A stretch of DNA of 64,000 nt, taken from positions 221,527 through 285,526 of the forward strand of contig CAVPBH010000020.1 in assembly GCA_963701775.1 (NCBI GenBank), in the 5' to 3' direction. Origin of the DNA: an uncultured Chloroflexia bacterium. Lineage in GTDB: Bacteria > Chloroflexota > Anaerolineae > JAAYZQ01. The notes under the pieces were generated by a model that had not been told where the DNA came from, searched no databases, and worked only from the letters and a program-made list of their open reading frames with translations. How positions within the stretch are numbered: position 1 is the first letter of the stretch; each line of letters starts with the position of its first letter. Shown here piece after piece: positions 9,322-17,705 of the stretch. A program made the translations under genes and the position numbers.

Positions 9322-10104
9322 CTATGCGTCTGTCTTCGACAAGGCCCTAGACCCGCCCGTCCCGCCGCAGCGCACCTGTACGATCTCCGCCAGAATGGCG
9401 AGGGCAATCTCGGCCGGGCTGCGCCCTCCCAGATCCAGCCCGATCGGGGCGCGCACCCGTGCGAGCTGCTCGTCCGTCACCCCATGTGCCCGCAGGTGGT
9501 CAAAGATGGTCCGCACCTTGCGCCGGCTGCCGATCATGCCCACGTAGGCCGCCGGCGTGTCGAGCGCCTGGTGCAGCGCCTGCTCGTCGGTCAGATGCGT
9601 CTGGGTCATGATCACCACGAAGGTCCAGGGCGTGATCGCCACCGGGTCGAATTGGGGCAGCGTCGCTCGCTCCGGCTGCACGTCGACCACTCGCACCAGG
9701 AAGCCTGCGACGCGCGCCATCTCGGCCAGTGGGCGGCCCAGATGTCCGCCTCCAACGATGAGCAGGACCGGCGCCGGCCGGTAGACCTCGACGAAGAGGG
9801 TCACGGCGCCGCCGCACAGCGTCCCCAGAGCATCCTGACCCGCCGCGTGCAGCGCAGAGTGGAACAGCCGCGACCGGCCCTCCTGCAGGGCGGCCATGGC
9901 TTCTTCACGCGCCTGCAGTTCCAGCTCGCCCCCGCCCACGTTGCCCGCAGCTCGGCCATCGGGCCATACAAGCAGCTTGAAGCCCACCTGGGCGGGCGAT
10001 GCGCCCTGCACATCCACCACGGTCGCCAGGGCAACCGGCTCGTTGTTCTCCAACGCCGCGTTCAGTGCGGCGATCACGTCTCTCACGATCTCTTCCTCCC
10101 GCCG
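9322..10104 (-). CDS. XdhC/CoxI family molybdenum/tungsten cofactor insertion accessory protein
   Basis: XdhC_CoxI N-terminal domain (VRDVIAALNAALENNEPVALATVVDVQGASPAQVGFKLLVWPDG) plus Rossmann-like C-terminal domain (PVLLIVGGGHLGRPLAEMARVAGFLVRVVD...AYVGMIGSRRK). Probable GTG start overlaps the stop of the upstream small ORF (GTGTGA). Confidence 0.75.
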   Translation of the reverse strand, partial: RREEEIVRDVIAALNAALENNEPVALATVVDVQGASPAQVGFKLLVWPDGRAAGNVGGGELELQAREEAMAALQEGRSRLFHSALHAAGQDALGTLCGGAVTLFVEVYRPAPVLLIVGGGHLGRPLAEMARVAGFLVRVVDVQPERATLPQFDPVAITPWTFVVIMTQTHLTDEQALHQALDTPAAYVGMIGSRRKVRTIFDHLRAHGVTDEQLARVRAPIGLDLGGRSPAEIALAILAEIVQVRCGGTGGSRALSKTDA

Positions 10105-10109
10105 GACGG

Positions 10110-10334
10110 TCACACGTCGATCCGGCCGATCGGCCCATCGAGCTCCAGCCTGACCTTTCCATACCCCTGGATGTAGAACCAGACTTCCTGGCTCACGGGC
10201 GGAACCCGCGCCCACAGCTCCCGCGGCATGTACACCGTTCCGTAGCGCCTCCCCCACTCGCCGACCACGATTCCGACGTAGTCATCCGGGCTGTCAGGCT
10301 TGCCCACCCGACCGGATGGGACCTCACCGCCCAT
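10110..10334 (-). CDS. hypothetical 74-aa protein coupled to xdhC
   Basis: ORF MGGEVPSGRVGKPDSPDDYVGIVVGEWGRRYGTVYMPRELWARVPPVSQEVWFYIQGYGKVRLELDGPIGRIDV. Its ATG overlaps the stop of a 32-codon ORF upstream (TGATG) and its stop overlaps the xdhC GTG start. No family recognised. Confidence 0.35.
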   Translation of the reverse strand: MGGEVPSGRVGKPDSPDDYVGIVVGEWGRRYGTVYMPRELWARVPPVSQEVWFYIQGYGKVRLELDGPIGRIDV

Positions 10335-10433
10335 TCATCAGTCGACGACCATCAGCCGCAGCTCGATCGTGAGCGCGCCCCCCTCGTCTTTCAGATACTT
10401 CTTGAACCAGCCTGACTTGGTCTTGGCCAGGAT
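10335..10433 (-). CDS. possible 32-aa micro-ORF with strong Shine-Dalgarno (MILAKTKSGWFKKYLKDEGGALTIELRLMVVD)
   Basis: GGAGGGAGAGG followed by ATG on the minus strand. Ends at TGA overlapping the ATG of the 74-aa ORF. Could instead be the N-terminus of a single 106-aa gene split by a frameshift. Confidence 0.2.
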
Positions 10434-10581
10434 CATTCCTCTCCCTCGCTACCGGTCCATCCGGGTCCGAATCTCGCGCGGCGGAAAGCGGATCGCCCCG
10501 CACTGGCACACCTTGGCGCACGAGCCGAAGCCGTCATCGTGACTCCTGCCCCTCCGTGATCCTTGCTTGGGAAGCTCCCAT

Positions 10582-10764
10582 CTACTCCTGTCCTGCCTCC
10601 AGGTGGCCGCGCAGCCCCTTGCGTCGCACATCCTGCACCTGCGACCAGACCACCTCTTTCAGAAAGCGCAGGGCTGCTGCCTCATCCCGGTCGACGACGA
10701 TCATCTGCAGTTCCTGCTGTTCGCACTCGTCCAGCACCACGGATATCTTTGCTTCTCTTCCCAC
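10582..10764 (-). CDS. possible small hypothetical protein downstream of ccdA
   Basis: About 60 codons after the ccdA stop in the minus frame of ORF 10582..11040 (KISVVLDECEQQELQMIVVDRDEAAALRFLKEVVWSQVQDVRRKGLRGHLEAGQE). Protein-like composition; start probably GTG. No family assigned. Confidence 0.25.
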   Translation of the reverse strand: MGREAKISVVLDECEQQELQMIVVDRDEAAALRFLKEVVWSQVQDVRRKGLRGHLEAGQE

Positions 10765-10796
10765 TTTGACCCTCGACCCTATTCGCTGGCCCCGAG

Positions 10797-11474
10797 TCAC
10801 GCAATCCACAGGAAGTACAGGCCGACGCCGATGATGATCACCCCGCTCACCCGCTCGATGACCGTCGACCAGCGCCCAAGCGCCTGCATCTGCTTCAGCG
10901 CCCCGGCAAAGGTCCCGGCCAGGAGGATCGGCACGCCTCGCCCCAGCGAATAGACGAACAGCAGCGCCGCGCCGTAGACGAGAGCCCCTTCCTTGCTCAT
11001 CACGTAGGTCAGGATCGCCGCCAGCACCGGCGTGGCGCACTGCGAGGCCACCAGCCCGGAGACCAGCCCAAGCGCCAGCGCCCCCGGCACGCCCCGCAGC
11101 CGGATCCGCTCACGCAGCCGGGCCAAGCCTGATACCTGGGGAGGGTTGAAGACCCCCAGCATCGACAGGCCGATCAGCATGCAGACGGCAGCGAGCAAGT
11201 AGTACCACACCCGCGACGTGCCGCCGATTAGCCCACCGACCAGGCTGGCGACGACGCCCAGCATCATGAAGGTGATCGCCAGCCCCACGGTGAAGGTCAA
11301 CGACAGCGAAAAGGACCGCCCGCGTCCGAGCTGGCCCGACCCGCCGACATAGCCGATGATCAGCGGGATCATGGCCACGTTGCACGGGCCGATGCTCGTC
11401 ACGATGCCCCCCAGGAAGACCAGCACAAAGGCCAGCGGCGAGGCGGTTTGCAGGACGGATGGGTCCAGATCCAC
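10797..11474 (-). CDS. ccdA: cytochrome c biogenesis protein CcdA (DsbD transmembrane-domain family)
   Basis: Intact 225 aa, six TM segments, with the two conserved cysteines (IGPCNVAMIPL ... ASQCATPVLAAIL). Confidence 0.85.
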   Translation of the reverse strand: MDLDPSVLQTASPLAFVLVFLGGIVTSIGPCNVAMIPLIIGYVGGSGQLGRGRSFSLSLTFTVGLAITFMMLGVVASLVGGLIGGTSRVWYYLLAAVCMLIGLSMLGVFNPPQVSGLARLRERIRLRGVPGALALGLVSGLVASQCATPVLAAILTYVMSKEGALVYGAALLFVYSLGRGVPILLAGTFAGALKQMQALGRWSTVIERVSGVIIIGVGLYFLWIA

Positions 11475-11475
11475 G

Positions 11476-12036
11476 TTACTGCCCTCCCGCCAGGAACCGC
11501 AGCTTCTCCCGCAGCGCCTCCGCCGTCATCACGCCCAGCACGGTCTCCTGCTGTCCCGACTTGTCGTAGAATATCTGGGTCGGGATGGCGTAGATGCGGG
11601 CAACCTGCAGCAGCTTGGTATTGGTCTTGTCGTACACGTCGACGTCGACGAGCCCGACCGTGCTCTCGAACTCGGGATACACCTCGGCCACGATCGCCAT
11701 CATCTCCTTGCACTTGGCGCAGTTGGTGGAGTGATAGAAGCCCAGCGCCGGCTGCCCCGCTGCCAGCAGGCGCCCCAACTGCGCCTCCGCAGTCCCGCCG
11801 GACACGGTGGTTGCGGGGACCTGGGCGGACGCCGGCTTCGCAGCCGAGGTTGCCGGCGGCTGGCTCGCCGCTCCCGGAATGGCGTCGGCCGGCGCGTCGC
11901 CTGCCGACTTGGCCCCCTTAGCGACCAGGATGATGATGGCCGCCAGCAGCACCACGCCCCCAATGATGGCGGCCTTGGGGAACCCCTTCTTCGGGCCGGC
12001 AACCTTCTTCTGCGCGCGTCGTCTATGGCTCATCAT
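11476..12036 (-). CDS. membrane-anchored thioredoxin-like protein (TlpA/ResA-like thiol:disulfide oxidoreductase)
   Basis: N-terminal TM anchor, Ala/Pro-rich linker, then thioredoxin fold with CxxC (FYHSTNCAKCKEMMAIV...YAIPTQIFYDKSGQ). Stop overlaps the ccdA start. Confidence 0.75.
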   Translation of the reverse strand: MMSHRRRAQKKVAGPKKGFPKAAIIGGVVLLAAIIILVAKGAKSAGDAPADAIPGAASQPPATSAAKPASAQVPATTVSGGTAEAQLGRLLAAGQPALGFYHSTNCAKCKEMMAIVAEVYPEFESTVGLVDVDVYDKTNTKLLQVARIYAIPTQIFYDKSGQQETVLGVMTAEALREKLRFLAGGQ

Positions 12037-12330
12037 CCACCACTCCTTCTCCCTGCTCCACTGCCTCTGCCAGCCACTCCCGGATCTCGAGCGCAGACGG
12101 CACCCGCCCGCCGCAGACCAGCTTCCCGTTGATCACCAACCCGGGCGTGAAGAGCAGCCCGTAGCGCCGAAAGTCCTCGGGCTCATGCAGGTGCATCAGG
12201 GTCACCCTCTCCAGGTCTTACCTCGCCGGACTCGCTTCGGCCATCAACTCCAGGACGGCGACGGCAAGTCCCTCCAGGCGGTAGCAGTTGGCGCATCCGG
12301 GGCCGAGAATCTTGATGTCCGGCATCGTGC
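12023..12330 (-). pseudogene. thioredoxin family protein (redox-active disulfide protein 2 type) interrupted by an in-frame TAA
   Basis: MPDIKILGPGCANCYRLEGLAVAVLELMAEASPAR, then TAA, then DLERVTLMHLHEPEDFRRYGLLFTPGLVINGKLVCGGRVPSALEIREWL. Colinear with the intact paralog at 14504-14755. Confidence 0.55.
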
Positions 12331-12333
12331 TCA

Positions 12334-12772
12334 CTCCTCGATGATGATTTCCGGCTCGACCGCCAGTTGGCTTGTGATCGAGTGCGCCACCAGGCTGTAC
12401 TTCTGGGCCGATTCCAGCGCCCGCTCGATCCGCTTGCGGCTGTCGCCCCGCACCACGATCGCGGGGCCGCAGAACGACGCGGGTAAACGTCTCGGTACGG
12501 TCCAGGGCGATTTGCTTGGTGCCCTCAGCATGGCAGTCGTAGCTCACTAGGTCGATCTTGAAGCGCTCGCAGGCCCACAGGAACATCATCATGATGCAGG
12601 TGTTGACGGCGGCGACAAAGGCGTCCTCCGGCGTCAGGACTCCCTCGTGACCGTGGGCATCAGGCGGGGCCGAAAATGCCATCACCGGGCCGTTGCCCAT
12701 GCGGACCTCGCCCAGGTGCTCCCCCTTCCAGGTTACGTCGGTGTGATACTTGTATTCCATGGTCGTCTCCAA
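12334..12772 (-). CDS. OsmC/Ohr family peroxiredoxin-like protein with one apparent frameshift near 12480
   Basis: METTMEYKYHTDVTWKGEHLGEV...AFVAAVNTCIMMMFLWACERFKIDLVSYDCHAEGTKQ...TFTRVVLRP in one frame. The C-terminus IVVRGDSRKRIERALESAQKYSLVAHSITSQLAVEPEIIIEE is in another frame (ORF 12331..12531). Confidence 0.65.
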
Positions 12773-13563
12773 TCGTCAGCTAACCGTGCTCGCCGGGCTC
12801 GGCGGCGGACGATGGCCAGGGCGTACTCGCGCAGAACGGCTTCGCGCCACTCGGCTTCCTCGCCGTCCGGGACCTGGTTGTAGAGCTTGACTGCCTCCAT
12901 CAGCTCGCCGGCCGTGGCCTCGCTCACCGGCTTGCCTAGCTCGCGGAATTGCTCGAGGATGGCGGGCAGGGCCAGCACTTGTACGCGGCGGCCATTGATA
13001 CTGATCTGAGCCACCGGGATGCCCGAGCCGCAGGCGCACGTGGCCGTGGTTACGGCGTCCGGTTCTCCCTCCACCTTCAGCCCCGCGGCGCCCGCCTCCG
13101 GCTCGCCCTCGCCGCCGGGCGCCTGGTCCTCTACGTCGATGAGGGTTGGCCGCATATTGCCGAGCAGGCGATCCACCTCGCGGGCCAACTCCTGGGCCGC
13201 CACCTGGGCCACCTCTTCCCCCGCGGCATCCAACTGGCGCCTGCCTTGGGGCTGGGGCAGACCGTCCTGCGCGATCAGGTCGCTGATCACGACGCTCGCT
13301 GCAGGTTTGGCACTGTACTTCTCTGTCGCCCGCGCCGCGCAGCGCATGTCACAGCCGTCGACGGCGATGGTGGGGTAAAAACGGGCAAAGGCTCGCTCTC
13401 GTTCCTCGCCGGCCAGGAAGAGGGGCAGGCACAGCGTGACCGTCTCCTCGGGGCGCAGCCGCTCCAGCACCTGGAGCACCGCCATCCGCGAGACCGTCCC
13501 TTCCGGAAGATCCTCGCCGCTGCAAGAGATCAGACCGACTTTCTTCTTGGGCAGGTCGACCAT
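12733..13563 (-). CDS. DGC-domain putative zinc-binding protein (long form)
   Basis: N-terminal Cys cluster and DGC motif (LISCSGEDLPEG...TLCLPLFLAGEERERAFARFYPTIAVDGCDMRCA). Acidic linker and a second Cys cluster (TATCACGSGIP). The 3' end overlaps the OsmC start, so the true stop is uncertain. Confidence 0.6.
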   Translation of the reverse strand: MVDLPKKKVGLISCSGEDLPEGTVSRMAVLQVLERLRPEETVTLCLPLFLAGEERERAFARFYPTIAVDGCDMRCAARATEKYSAKPAASVVISDLIAQDGLPQPQGRRQLDAAGEEVAQVAAQELAREVDRLLGNMRPTLIDVEDQAPGGEGEPEAGAAGLKVEGEPDAVTTATCACGSGIPVAQISINGRRVQVLALPAILEQFRELGKPVSEATAGELMEAVKLYNQVPDGEEAEWREAVLREYALAIVRRRARRARLADDWRRPWNTSITPT

Positions 13564-13566
13564 GGC

Positions 13567-14004
13567 TTACTTCTCCTCGCTCTTCTCGCCCAGCAGCTCG
13601 TCCACCTTGGCCGCGATCTCTTCGGCCAGGATGCGGGCCAGCTCGCGTCCGTTGTCGCCAATGTCCGACACCCCCTGCGCGCGCAGCTCCTTGTGGGCGC
13701 GGAAAACGTCGAACACGCGAAAGGTGGCGCTCGGTGTGCCGCCGGCTTGCTCGATGCTGATCCGGGCGCAGGCCTTCGGGCATCCGTCGATGGCGATGGT
13801 CTTGTGCTCGCCCACCAGGCGGCGGCTTCCCTCGTCGTCGGGCAGGGTCAGCCGCGCCAGGCAGACCGTGGCGGTCTCTTCGGGCCGCAGCTCTTCCACC
13901 ACCACGTAGGTCGCCTCCCGCCCAACGCTGCCAAAAGCCTTGCCGATCCCACTGCATGGGACGAGCAGCACGCGGTCGTTGTCGGTCTCTCTCTGCTCAC
14001 TCAT
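13567..14004 (-). CDS. DGC-domain putative zinc-binding protein (short form)
   Basis: Intact 145 aa (LLVPCSGIGKAFGSVGREATYVVVEELRPEETATVCLARL...HKTIAIDGCPKACA). Confidence 0.65.
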   Translation of the reverse strand: MSEQRETDNDRVLLVPCSGIGKAFGSVGREATYVVVEELRPEETATVCLARLTLPDDEGSRRLVGEHKTIAIDGCPKACARISIEQAGGTPSATFRVFDVFRAHKELRAQGVSDIGDNGRELARILAEEIAAKVDELLGEKSEEK

Positions 14005-14486
14005 AACTTCTTCGCTGCCTCCTCGGCCTGGCGCCGCATCACCACCAGGTAGTCCTCTGCCGCCAATAGGTTGGCCTGGTCGGCCTGCCAGTCACGGAGG
14101 GCGACCAGGGCCAGCCAGCCCCGGCCGTACGGTTCTTGGTTGATCAGCTCCGGGCTGGTCTCCAGCTCCTGGTTGATGTGCTGCACCGTCCCGCTCACCG
14201 GCGAGAGGAGATCGATGGCAACCTTGATCGTCTCGATGCTGCCCAGGTAGTCGCCCTGTGCCATCTGCGTGCCGGCCGGCTCAATCTCGGCAAAGGCGAC
14301 GTCACCGCTGGACTGTTGGACGTAATCGCTCACGCCCACCCGCGCCAGGCCCTCTTCGACCTGGACCCAGAGGCCAGCCTCGCTGTACCAGCAGCCTTTA
14401 ATCACTTTGAACACGAACTTGTCTACCGTGGCTTCCAGATATTCGGCTTCCACGTAGCTCCTCCTCCTGCTATGGTGTTGAATCAT
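14001..14486 (-). CDS. glycine-cleavage H-protein-like lipoyl-domain protein
   Basis: GcvH-like core with the conserved lysine position (GSIETIKVAIDLLSPVSGTVQHINQELETSPELINQEPYGRGWL). Stop overlaps the next gene (GTGA/ATGA style). Confidence 0.65.
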   Translation of the reverse strand: MIQHHSRRRSYVEAEYLEATVDKFVFKVIKGCWYSEAGLWVQVEEGLARVGVSDYVQQSSGDVAFAEIEPAGTQMAQGDYLGSIETIKVAIDLLSPVSGTVQHINQELETSPELINQEPYGRGWLALVALRDWQADQANLLAAEDYLVVMRRQAEEAAKKL

Positions 14487-14503
14487 ACTATCCGATCAGC
14501 CCA

Positions 14504-14755
14504 CTAGCCCTCGGCCATGGCCGCGTTGGCTATCCAGGTCGATACCTCGGCCTTGCTCGGGATCCGTCCCGCGCTGACCACCTTGCCGTCGATGACCAAC
14601 CCCGGCGTACCCAGGATCTTGTATGTCATGATCTGTCGCATGTCCGTCACGTGGGTGAACGCTGCCTCGACCCCCATCTCGGCGGCCGCTTCGCGGGCGA
14701 TTTGTTCGAGCCGCTGGCAATTGGCGCATCCCACCCCCAGGATCTTGATCTCCAT
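14504..14755 (-). CDS. thioredoxin family protein (redox-active disulfide protein 2 type)
   Basis: Intact 83 aa (MEIKILGVGCANCQRLEQIAREAAAEMGVEAAFTHVTDMRQIMTYKILGTPGLVIDGKVVSAGRIPSKAEVSTWI). Confidence 0.8.
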   Translation of the reverse strand: MEIKILGVGCANCQRLEQIAREAAAEMGVEAAFTHVTDMRQIMTYKILGTPGLVIDGKVVSAGRIPSKAEVSTWIANAAMAEG

Positions 14756-14830
14756 GGTGCAATCCTCCTATTTCTTCATGTAGAAAACCTTATATGCACG
14801 GCATTGCATATTTGCACGCAAAAAAGAGAG

Positions 14831-15196
14831 TCACGCCCCCTGGCAGCGCGGGCATGGGCAATTGTCCACGGCCGTCTCCGGCACCGGCGGGAAGATCACG
14901 CCTTCGCCCGCAGTTGCCACCGTCAGCGCCCGGCTTTCGGCGAGCAGCCCGGCCAGGCGCTCATCCGCCAGGCGGTAGTAGATCAGCGTGCCCTCACGCC
15001 GGTCGGTCACCAGCCCCGCCTCGCGCAGCGTCGCCAACTGCTGCGAGACGTAGGGCTGGCGCTGGTCTAGGACGGCCGTCAGATGGCAGACACAGGCCTC
15101 CTGGAACGCCAAGAGATCCAGGATGCGCAGACGCACCGGGTGTGAGAGTGCCTGGAAAAGCTCAGCCTGCTTCTCGTAGCCTCCGGACTCTTCCAT
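14831..15196 (-). CDS. ArsR/SmtB family transcriptional regulator with Cys-rich C-terminus
   Basis: Intact 121 aa (LSHPVRLRILDLLAFQEACVCHLTAVLDQRQPYVSQQLATLREAGLV); C-terminal CPCPRC. First gene of the minus-strand redox cluster. Confidence 0.85.
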   Translation of the reverse strand: MEESGGYEKQAELFQALSHPVRLRILDLLAFQEACVCHLTAVLDQRQPYVSQQLATLREAGLVTDRREGTLIYYRLADERLAGLLAESRALTVATAGEGVIFPPVPETAVDNCPCPRCQGA

Positions 15197-15214
15197 CTAT
15201 CCGTAGCTCCTATC

Positions 15215-15265
15215 GAATATTCAAAAAGATGCACGTATCATACCTAACCGGTCCGGCCCTGTCAA
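15215..15265 (-). promoter_or_regulatory. consensus sigma70 promoter TTGACA-N17-TATGAT (minus strand) with GAATATTC palindrome between -10 and the start codon
   Basis: Reverse complement of 15237-15265 reads TTGACAgggccggaccggttaggTATGAT. Perfect 8-bp palindrome GAATATTC at 15215-15222 in the leader. ArsR start codon at 15196. Confidence 0.5.
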
Positions 15266-15367
15266 ATCGGGAGGGCCTTGCATAACAGCACCTGGGAGGC
15301 AAAGAAGTCGCGGCGGGTCTTCCGCCTGCCGGGGCGTATCCCTCTTCGCCGTCTCCGAGCCGCACTA

Positions 15368-16561
15368 TCAGGCGCAGAGCGCCTGGGCGGCCAAGGCGTA
15401 GACACGCGCAGCCGCTGTGAGCTGCGCAACGTCCAGCCGCTCTTCGAGGGTGTGGCACAGGGCCTCTTTGCCCGGCCCGTAGTTGACGGTCGGGATGGCC
15501 AGGTCGTTCACCAGGAAATCCATGTCCAGGTAGCCATTGTGGTAGGCTCGCTCAGGCGGCCGGCCGGTGACTTGGCAATGCGCCTCGTGCAGCGCGCGGG
15601 TGAGCGGGCTGTCTCCGAGCGTGGCCGACGGGTTCAGGCCCCGCTGGCGGATGAGGGGCCATTTCCAGTCCGGCCGGTCGATCTCGACGCTCCCGCGGAA
15701 GCCGGGCAGCGACTCGGCCAGGCCGGCGAGAAGATCCCCGATCTCTGCCAGGACGCCTGCCTGGGTTTCGCCCGGCACCGTGCGCCGGTCGATCCAGACG
15801 TCGCAGCGATCCGGTACGTTGTTGTAGGCTGTGCCTCCCTGGATGAGGCCGACGTTGACGGTGCCGCGCACCGTCCCCACACCCGGCACATCGACCGCGC
15901 GCGGCTCGAGCCGCGCCAGCGCTTCCACGACGCGTGCGGCGTGCCCGACGGCGTTGATCCCCAACCAGGGCGTGGAGCCATGGGCCTGTTTACCCAGGAG
16001 CGTGATACGTGCCGGCACGGTACCCTTGTGGCCGACGATGAGCTGCAGGTCCGACGGCTCGGTGACGATGGCCGCTTCGGCCTGGATGCGGTCCTCCACC
16101 AGCGAGAAGCTTCCGCGATGCTCCGACTCTTCGTCGATCACCGCCGCGAGGGCCACGCCCTTGCGCAGCGGCAGGCCGGCCTGCGCCAACGCGCCGATGG
16201 CGGCGATGGAAGCGGCAAGGCCACCTTTCTGGTCCACGGCACCGCGGCCCCAGATGGCCCCGCTCACGAGGCGCCCGCTGTACGGGTCGGGCATGCCCAG
16301 TGCGGGCACCGTGTCTGTATGGGCGTGGAACAACAGCCCAACGGGCCCGCCATCGCGCCCGGGCAGCTCAGCCAGGACATTGAGCCGGCCCTGGTGGACG
16401 TCGCGCACGGTCACGGCCAAGCCCATCGCGACCAGGCGTGTGGCCAGCCACTCGCCCAGCGCCCGCTCCTGGCCGTTGGGGCTCGGGATTCGAACCAGCT
16501 CCTGGGCGAGGCTCACAAGCGCGGCATCGTCGATCTGGGACAAGAGCGAATGGGAGTCCAT
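15368..16561 (-). CDS. M20 family metallopeptidase (ArgE/DapE/N-carbamoyl-amino-acid amidohydrolase-like)
   Basis: MDSHSLLSQIDDAALVSLAQELVRIPSPNGQE...HAHTDTVP...GRGAVDQKGGLAA...IDEESEHRG; intact. Upstream in-frame extension of the ORF is probably not translated. Confidence 0.8.
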   Translation of the reverse strand: MDSHSLLSQIDDAALVSLAQELVRIPSPNGQERALGEWLATRLVAMGLAVTVRDVHQGRLNVLAELPGRDGGPVGLLFHAHTDTVPALGMPDPYSGRLVSGAIWGRGAVDQKGGLAASIAAIGALAQAGLPLRKGVALAAVIDEESEHRGSFSLVEDRIQAEAAIVTEPSDLQLIVGHKGTVPARITLLGKQAHGSTPWLGINAVGHAARVVEALARLEPRAVDVPGVGTVRGTVNVGLIQGGTAYNNVPDRCDVWIDRRTVPGETQAGVLAEIGDLLAGLAESLPGFRGSVEIDRPDWKWPLIRQRGLNPSATLGDSPLTRALHEAHCQVTGRPPERAYHNGYLDMDFLVNDLAIPTVNYGPGKEALCHTLEERLDVAQLTAAARVYALAAQALCA

Positions 16562-16608
16562 GGACCATCTCCTATGTGCTGGTGGGCGAACCAATGAGGA
16601 AACGCCAC

Positions 16609-17686
16609 TCACGACGAGCGGAGCACGAGTGCACCGGGGGAGCAGACCGAGGCGCACAGCCCGCAGGACCGGCACAGCGACCGATCCAGCAGCATCTGCC
16701 GATCAGGCGCCATCCGGCGGGCGCCATAGGCGCACACGGTGACACAGCGCCCGCACTCGGTGCACAGCTCGGGACGAAAGAGGAACTCGAGCGGTGCCCG
16801 GTCCGGCTGCTCGCGCAGGGCATCGAGTGCCACGCCGCGGAGGCCGGCCAGGGACGGCTCGCCGTGGTGTTGGAGCCAGCGCTCCATCTGCGTGACCGTC
16901 TTGGCGAACCAACCCAGGCCCAGAAGCAGCGGCGCCGTGTGCGCGCCGACCGCCGTGGCCCCGGCCATCACCATTTCGACGGCATCCTCGGCCGAGGCGA
17001 CCCCACCGGTGCCGATCACGGGCACCGGGTGGCGCAGCGCAATCTCGGCCACGGCGCGCAGCGCCAGGGGCAGGATGGCGCGGCCGGAAAGCCAGGCCCC
17101 AGAGCCCAACAAAGGGCGGCGGCGATCCAGGTCGAGGCGCAGGGCCGGGCCGACCGAGTCGATCGCCGTGATGCCGTCGGCCCCCTCGCGTATGCATGCC
17201 CCGACCACCTCTGCCAGGTTCGCCCAGTTGGCGCTGACTCTTCACGAGGATTGGGATCGAGACGGCGCGCCTTGCGGCGGCGACCATCGGGGCCGCGTCT
17301 TCCGCACGGTACGAGACCAGCTCCAGCAGGTCGGCTCCCGCGTGCGCCAGGGGCGCGGCCAGCTCGGCTACCTCGGCCGGGGTCTGGCCGGTACTAGCGA
17401 TCAATACGCCGGACCGCCCGGCCAGGCTCGGCAGCTCTTGCTCGAGCCAGTGCGAGGCCGGCAGGTCCGACCAGCCCTCGGTGTTCAGGAGGCTGCCCGC
17501 GCCGGCCGCCGCGATGTGCGGTGTGGGGTTGGTGGTCGCGCGCGGGCGGATGGTCTTGGTGACGACCGCCGCGGCGCCGGCCGCGTAGGCAGCGCGGATG
17601 CCGGCGGCGTTCCAGGAAAGCGGACCCGAAGCCAAGATGAGCGGATGCGGGAGCCGAAAGCCGCACAGGTCAACGCTCAGGTCCAT
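16609..17686 (-). CDS. dihydroorotate/dihydropyrimidine dehydrogenase-like flavoenzyme with C-terminal 2x[4Fe-4S] domain (PreA-like); one apparent frameshift near 17215
   Basis: N-terminal DHOD fold (MDLSVDLCGFRLPHPLILASGPLSWNAAGIRAAYAAGAAAVVTKTI...IPILVK). Continues in another frame (ACIREGADGITAIDSVGP...VIGTGGVASAEDAVEMVMAGATAVG). C-terminus has CTECGRCVTVCAYGA and CRSCGLCASVCSPG. Confidence 0.65.
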
Positions 17687-17705
17687 GCACCTTGCTCCCT
17701 TCCCC

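Noticed and set aside
12949-14052. 367-aa plus-strand ORF
   Set aside because: Antisense to the two DGC-domain genes and the GcvH-like gene; no recognisable domains.
15278-16597. 439-aa plus-strand ORF
   Set aside because: Lies antisense to the well-supported M20 peptidase gene. Arg/Ala/Gly-rich composition is typical of spurious long ORFs in high-GC DNA.
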